A DNA stretch of 64,000 nucleotides from Flavobacteriales bacterium. Lineage in GTDB: Bacteria; Bacteroidota; Bacteroidia; Palsa-965. A program made the position numbers and the translations under genes. Every line of letters begins with the position of its first letter. Positions within the stretch are counted from its first letter, which is position 1. Positions 58,672 to 64,000 of the stretch are shown here, piece after piece. The DNA lies in the NCBI GenBank assembly GCA_040377305.1, contig JBEIPA010000015.1, positions 32,001-96,000 on the forward strand. Direction: 5' to 3'. The notes under the pieces were generated by a model, which did no database searches, was not told the DNA's origin, and saw only the letters and a list, made by a program, of their open reading frames with translations.

Positions 58672-59762
58672 GACAAGTAATCTATCTGACGTTTAACGAC
58701 AGTCCTGGTGGGATTTATTCTTCGCAGGTTATTGACACGTGTCGTTTTCTCGAGTCAGAAAAGATTGCAAACGTTCGCTTAGTGGCTTTTGTTTCTCTTC
58801 GAAAGTATTTCAGCTTTCGCAAAATCATCCGCAGTGCTTTTGGCAATTCAATAGTACTGCCCATGTGGCCGGGAATCCAGAACTGGAGAAAAAATCTAGG
58901 TAGACTTCGAAGAATTATCTCAAAAGCGAAGCCCGATGTGATAATCTGCCGTGGAATATTTGCAACCAATCTTGCATTGGACAGCGGATGTAAAGTAAAA
59001 GTGTGCTTCGATGGACGTGGCGCTTATTTTTCGGAGTTCAGCGAATATGATGTGAGCAACGGACGTTTCAGTACGGCGGAAATAAAAGAACTTGAGCAGC
59101 GCGCGATCGGTGAAAGCAATTTTCGTTTAGCAGTTTCGAATGCATTGATCAGTTACTGGAAAAAACAATACGCTTATAGCGACAATCGCCATGTAGTTAT
59201 TCCGTGTACACTTGCACCGCATCATCTGAATAACAAGGAATCCGGACGCACTGATTCGGAAATACGAATTGTATTTTCGGGTGGAACAGGAGGATGGCAA
59301 AGCCTGCAGGTGCTGGAAAGTATCCTGGCTCCCGCTTTTCGCAATGAACAACGTTTGCGGCTTGTTATACTTGCTAAAACCCTGCCCGATAATTTCACGA
59401 TGGCGCGTGAGTTTCCGGGACGAATAAGCAATACCTGGCTAACCGAAAAGGAAGTTCCTGCAGCATTATCGTCGTGCGATTATGGCTGGCTCGTCAGAGA
59501 AAATTCAGTAACGAACGAAGTAGCATCTCCGGTGAAGTTTGCCGAGTATCTTGCCGCAGGTTTACAGATAATTATCTCAAGGGACCTCGGAGATTTTTCC
59601 GCATTCGTTGAACAACATGGGTGTGGTATGCTGGTTGAAACACCTGTGATAAATGTCATTCCGGAAGTATCGGGATTGCAGAAAGCGCACAACAAACAAC
59701 TCGCATTAAAACATTTTGTAAAACAAGTTTACAGAAAGGAGTTTTTAGAAATCTGCTCATGA
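58668..59762 (+). CDS. Glycosyltransferase, GT4-like
   Basis: TTG overlapping the wecB stop; SQVID, FDGRG, VIPC, SPVKFAEYLAAG. Confidence 0.8.
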   Translation: MRQVIYLTFNDSPGGIYSSQVIDTCRFLESEKIANVRLVAFVSLRKYFSFRKIIRSAFGNSIVLPMWPGIQNWRKNLGRLRRIISKAKPDVIICRGIFATNLALDSGCKVKVCFDGRGAYFSEFSEYDVSNGRFSTAEIKELEQRAIGESNFRLAVSNALISYWKKQYAYSDNRHVVIPCTLAPHHLNNKESGRTDSEIRIVFSGGTGGWQSLQVLESILAPAFRNEQRLRLVILAKTLPDNFTMAREFPGRISNTWLTEKEVPAALSSCDYGWLVRENSVTNEVASPVKFAEYLAAGLQIIISRDLGDFSAFVEQHGCGMLVETPVINVIPEVSGLQKAHNKQLALKHFVKQVYRKEFLEICS

Positions 59763-60916
59763 GAATCGCACTACTTACGGATGGAATAACTCCTTACGTC
59801 ACCGGCGGGATGCAACGGCATTCTTTCAATCTCTGTCGTAGCTTATCTGCAATGGGTGTGCATGTTGATTTGTACCATTGCGATCCACACAGACGAGGAG
59901 CTCATTCACTCGATTGCTTTACCGAAGAAGAGAGAAAGAATATTTCCGCAGAAGTGATTGAGTTTCCCAACCTCGGAAAAATCCCTGGTCATTATATTAA
60001 GGAATCATACGCGTATTCACGAAGCATTGCGAACGCGGTACGGAAGAAGCCGGCGGTTGATTTTATTTATGCAAAAGGGTTTACCGGCTGGGAATTGCTG
60101 AATCTGAAATCAAAAGGTGCGAAGCTTCCCCCCATTGGCGTAAACCTGCATGGGTATGAGATGTTTCAGGTGCAACCTGATTTCCGCCAGCGCATAAGTG
60201 CAAAGTTGTTGTTGCGAGCTCCGGCTAAATTCAACACACAAAATGCCGATTATGTATTCTCTTACGGTTCAAAGATTACTGAGATAATAGCAAAACTTAA
60301 TATTCCTCGCGAACGAATTGTGGAGATTCCGGCTGCTATCGGTACTGAATGGCTCGTGAAAAATATTTCTGAAGTGCATTCACCGGTGCAATTTTTATTC
60401 GTCGGCAGGGACGAGCGGAGAAAAGGGCTCATCGAATTGGCAGAAGCAATTCGTAAACTGCCAAGGGAAACCCGAAAGAAAGCCAGCTTCAGTTTCATGG
60501 GTCCGATCGCAAACAAGAACAAGGTGTCGGGCTGTGAGTATTATGGAGAGGTACGGGAGGTAAATGAGATCCGGAAAATCTACTCCTCCTGTGATGTCTT
60601 GCTCCTTCCGAGTTACTCCGAGGGAATGCCGAATGTTGTGCTTGAAGCAATGGGTTCAGGGCTCGCAGTTGCTGCAACCAACGTTGGTGCTGTTGGATTG
60701 ATGGTAAACAACGACAACGGTTGGATTATCGAACAGCCTTCTGTATCGGCAATTACGGAAGCGATTGACAGAATTGTGAACACAGATAAAGCTGAATTGA
60801 TGAAAAGAAAGCTCAGTTCCCTACACAAAGCCAGTTCCGAATTTACCTGGGACGTTATTGGAAAACAGACATTTGAGGCCATTCAGCGCTGTATTCAACG
60901 CCGCCAGAATTCCTGA
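59759..60916 (+). CDS. Glycosyltransferase family 4
   Basis: GGMQRH, FVGRDERRKG, PSYSEGMPNVVLEAM. Confidence 0.92.
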   Translation: MRIALLTDGITPYVTGGMQRHSFNLCRSLSAMGVHVDLYHCDPHRRGAHSLDCFTEEERKNISAEVIEFPNLGKIPGHYIKESYAYSRSIANAVRKKPAVDFIYAKGFTGWELLNLKSKGAKLPPIGVNLHGYEMFQVQPDFRQRISAKLLLRAPAKFNTQNADYVFSYGSKITEIIAKLNIPRERIVEIPAAIGTEWLVKNISEVHSPVQFLFVGRDERRKGLIELAEAIRKLPRETRKKASFSFMGPIANKNKVSGCEYYGEVREVNEIRKIYSSCDVLLLPSYSEGMPNVVLEAMGSGLAVAATNVGAVGLMVNNDNGWIIEQPSVSAITEAIDRIVNTDKAELMKRKLSSLHKASSEFTWDVIGKQTFEAIQRCIQRRQNS

Positions 60917-60962
60917 TTCTTTTGCGGGCACAAAAGCTAACTTTAATGCCAATTAGATCGCC

Positions 60963-62330
60963 GTGGTAGAATACCTTAAGTCTGAAAAAGCATTCCTGTT
61001 CCTATTAGCTATGTGGATAGTAGCGGGTGTACTTTTTAAACCCCTGGCACTTGCGATTATTCCCATTACGTTACTGTTGTTGCGCGGCAAAAAGCAGTAT
61101 CACTACATGCTGCTCGGGTTGTTTGTCATTCTAACGTTGTCTGATAGCCGACAGAATTTTCTCGGGTTCGCAGCAAGTATTAAGGATATTTACATTCTAT
61201 TCCTTTTCATTTTTCTGATTACAGACCGCCAATCGTTTTCTCCCATGGAGAAAATTGTTAACCGTTTTATTCCGTACATAATACTCGCAACATTCTTTGT
61301 GGTGTTCAGCGACATCATTGTAACAAGCTTACAGAAAACACTTTCTTATGTTCTCCTGCTCATTGTGGTGCCGAACTATGTGATCTATACATGGCGCACT
61401 TTAGGATTTCATGCAATCAGATCGTTTATTTTTACTGCCGTCCTGCTATTACTCGTTGGATTCGTCTTTCGTGTACTCTCGCCCGGAATTGTGACACTTG
61501 CCGGGCGCTATTCAGGCATTCTTGGCAACCCGAACGGACTTGGTCTTTTCTGTACACTGCTGTTTATTGTTTTTACGGTTGCACGTGACATTTTCCCTGA
61601 CCTCTTTTCGAATAAGGAAAAATATGTAGTCTGGGGCGCCATTCTGATTTCACTTTACCTGAGCGGATCACGCAGCGCGATTTTTACCATCGGACTATTT
61701 ATCATCATCGGGTACTTTTACAAGATCACGCCGTTTCTTGGCGTCCTCGTTTTCCTTGTCATGGTATTGGTGTACCAGCTCATCCTCGTCAATATTGAAT
61801 CGGTAATTGTTTTCTTCAACCTGCAGGAGTACTTCAGGCTTGAAACTTTCCAGAACGCTTCAGGTCGATTAATTGCATGGGACTTTGCATGGGATCAGAT
61901 CACTGAAAATCCACTTTTAGGAAAGGGTGTCGGTCACACCGAATATGTCTTCCGCAAGAATTATGATTTTCTTGCAGCGCTGGGGCACCAGGGTAATGCC
62001 CACAATTCATTCCTGACATTCTGGATAGACACCGGATTGTTTGGTGTACTTTCTTATCTATTTGCGTTCATTTCATTTTTCGTTACGGGAGCAAGAAGAT
62101 CGCGACTCGCAATACCTGCCATGCTGGCGATTTTGTTCAGTGCATTTTTCGAATCGTGGCTCACCGCTTCCCTGAATCCGTTCACAATTCAGTTGGTCGT
62201 CCTTATTACAATTTTGATTTCCCCGGCATTTTCGGAAGAGCACATTGAAGCAATGGAAGAGGAATCGGAAGAGGAGGGAGAGTTCGATGAAGAAAGTGAA
62301 ACGGAGTCACCGTACACAGAACCAATATGA
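60963..62330 (+). CDS. O-antigen ligase/Wzy polymerase-family membrane protein
   Basis: ~11-12 TM helices; RYSGILGNPN, SGSR, SGR...W, G.G.G, AHNSF; acidic C-terminal tail. Confidence 0.85.
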   Translation: MVEYLKSEKAFLFLLAMWIVAGVLFKPLALAIIPITLLLLRGKKQYHYMLLGLFVILTLSDSRQNFLGFAASIKDIYILFLFIFLITDRQSFSPMEKIVNRFIPYIILATFFVVFSDIIVTSLQKTLSYVLLLIVVPNYVIYTWRTLGFHAIRSFIFTAVLLLLVGFVFRVLSPGIVTLAGRYSGILGNPNGLGLFCTLLFIVFTVARDIFPDLFSNKEKYVVWGAILISLYLSGSRSAIFTIGLFIIIGYFYKITPFLGVLVFLVMVLVYQLILVNIESVIVFFNLQEYFRLETFQNASGRLIAWDFAWDQITENPLLGKGVGHTEYVFRKNYDFLAALGHQGNAHNSFLTFWIDTGLFGVLSYLFAFISFFVTGARRSRLAIPAMLAILFSAFFESWLTASLNPFTIQLVVLITILISPAFSEEHIEAMEEESEEEGEFDEESETESPYTEPI

Positions 62331-63385
62331 AGCCCACGAAGATTCTGATCTTGTACAGTGAGATAGCAGGTTACACATTAAGCTGTCTGGAAACACTCGT
62401 GCATGTGCATCCGAATGTGGAAGTCCATCTTGTGCGTTGGCCTGTGAATGCTGAAGCTCCCTTTGCGTTTGACTTCGGAGATTCTCTTAAACAGTACCTC
62501 CGCACGGATTTCAAAGATGACAGCTTACTGGAACTGAGTAAGGGAATATCTCCGGATCTCATTCTCTGCAGTGGTTGGATTGACAAAGCCTACCTCGCTG
62601 TATGCAAACATTGGCGTGATCAGATTCCTGTTGTCCTTACAATGGATAACAAATGGACTGGTTCGCTGAAACAACAAATTGCATGCATGTTCTCTGCAAT
62701 GCTGGTGCGTAAATATTTTAATGCCTGCTGGGTTCCTGGCGAACAGCAAAAGGTTTTCGCACTGAAGCTTGGTTTTGTTAATGCTCAGATACGTATAGGT
62801 TTTTATTCCTGCGATCTTGCTTCGTACAACATGGTTTATTCCAGTTCGCACAGTTTGAAAATGAAAACCTATCCGAAGGCATTTATTTACGCTGGCAGGT
62901 TTTATAATTTCAAAGGCGTAAACGAACTATGGGAAGCGTTCCGCTTGTTTCGTCAGGAAAATACACAGTGGAAATTAGTGTGTATAGGCAATGGCGATCA
63001 GGCACCACCAACGGTAGACGGACTAGAATGCATGAAGTTTATGCAGCCGGAAGAACTGCGTGTTTTAATGGAACGAACCGGAGTGTTTATCATGCCGAGT
63101 AAAGTTGAGCCGTGGGGTGTAGTGGCACACGAATTTGCTGCAGCAGGATTTCCCTTACTTCTTAGCAACGCGGTAGGATCATCAACAGCGTTTCTGCGAA
63201 ACAACATAAACGGGTTTTCATTTGAAGCGGGGAGCGTAATTGAAATCTTGTCCGCAATGAGAAAAGTTGCGACGCTTACTAAAGAGCAACTCGTTCAGAT
63301 GGGAGTTGAAAGTCATGCACTCGCGCAACAAATTTCGCCTGCACAATGGTCTTCGGTGCTTATGAGTTTTCTTCCCAAGTCCTGA
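62327..63385 (+). CDS. Glycosyltransferase family 4
   Basis: YAGRF..FKG, PSKVEPWGVVAHEFAAAG. Confidence 0.9.
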   Translation: MKPTKILILYSEIAGYTLSCLETLVHVHPNVEVHLVRWPVNAEAPFAFDFGDSLKQYLRTDFKDDSLLELSKGISPDLILCSGWIDKAYLAVCKHWRDQIPVVLTMDNKWTGSLKQQIACMFSAMLVRKYFNACWVPGEQQKVFALKLGFVNAQIRIGFYSCDLASYNMVYSSSHSLKMKTYPKAFIYAGRFYNFKGVNELWEAFRLFRQENTQWKLVCIGNGDQAPPTVDGLECMKFMQPEELRVLMERTGVFIMPSKVEPWGVVAHEFAAAGFPLLLSNAVGSSTAFLRNNINGFSFEAGSVIEILSAMRKVATLTKEQLVQMGVESHALAQQISPAQWSSVLMSFLPKS

Positions 63386-63398
63386 CTATCTTTATTCT

Positions 63399-64000
63399 AT
63401 GTGCGGAATCTCCGGTATTTTCTCTTTCTCGAATCAATCAGGACTCTCAGATCGGGTTGGGAGGATGAACGATTGCATTGCACATCGTGGACCGGATGAT
63501 GCTGGAATTTTCGCAGAGGCGAATGTCGTACTTGGTCATCGGCGTTTATCGATAATTGACTTGTCGGCGGCAGGACATCAACCCATGTATTCACACAACA
63601 ATCAGTTTGTGCTCGTTTACAATGGTGAGATCTACAACTTCGAAGAAGTTAAATCGCAACTGCGTATAAATACGAAAACAAAATCCGACAGTGAAGTACT
63701 TCTCGAAGCATGGGTGCAAAAAGGTCCTGCGTGTCTTGATTTGCTGAACGGTATGTTTGCATTCGCGGTGTACGACAAAGCATCAGAAGAATTGCATGTG
63801 GTGCGCGATAGACTGGGAATAAAACCAGTTTACTACAAAGAAACATCTACGGAAATTGCATTTGCTTCAGAGATTCGTGCTGTGCTCGCTGCTGATGAAA
63901 CAGAAAACAGACTCAATCCTGATGCATTGGTCGATTACCTGCGATATCAGACTGTACACGCACCTCACACAATTGTGGAAGGCGTGCGTATGCTGATGCC
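63399..64000 (+). CDS. asnB: Asparagine synthase (glutamine-hydrolysing)-family amidotransferase, truncated by the window edge
   Basis: Not in the ORF track; hand translation from ATG 63399: MCGISGI...HRGPD...GHRRLSIIDL...QPM...YNGEIYNF...SDSEV...GMFAF...RDRLGIKP. Confidence 0.93.
   Translation, partial: MCGISGIFSFSNQSGLSDRVGRMNDCIAHRGPDDAGIFAEANVVLGHRRLSIIDLSAAGHQPMYSHNNQFVLVYNGEIYNFEEVKSQLRINTKTKSDSEVLLEAWVQKGPACLDLLNGMFAFAVYDKASEELHVVRDRLGIKPVYYKETSTEIAFASEIRAVLAADETENRLNPDALVDYLRYQTVHAPHTIVEGVRMLM

Overview
A 64-kb window from a Bacteroidota chromosome, judged from T9SS C-terminal domains, TAnnTTTG -7 promoters and Gln-initial mature proteins. The first ~18 kb is mostly housekeeping: OstA-like (partial), purA, a STAS protein, a Fur-family regulator, relA/spoT, a lipoprotein, fahA, a 1473-aa T9SS cargo, an ECF sigma/anti-sigma operon with two TonB-C-like genes, an acyltransferase and glyA. 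Four different degenerate 7-bp tandem arrays lie at gene junctions there, two of them arranged as inverted pairs. At 18.4-22.3 kb a tight minus-strand operon encodes a T9SS cargo protein, a 77-aa PID-CTERM-type micropeptide (predicted mature core QPPPPPPPPGDPPCWPPPC), an XrtX/XrtF-type exosortase and its associated membrane protein. This is the best candidate for an uncharacterised system. Divergent from it, a >41-kb surface-polysaccharide locus runs off the window end. It combines Wzc, Wzm/Wzt and a Wzy/ligase-like protein with about 13 recognisable glycosyltransferases and many methyl-, acyl- and sulfotransferases. It also has a KDN-type nonulosonic acid pathway interrupted by a TylF/DUF4910/AAC(3) cassette, a heptose-like nucleotide-sugar module, wecB and asnB (partial). 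No RNA genes, CRISPR arrays or transposases were seen. All family calls come from motif recognition by eye, not from database searches.
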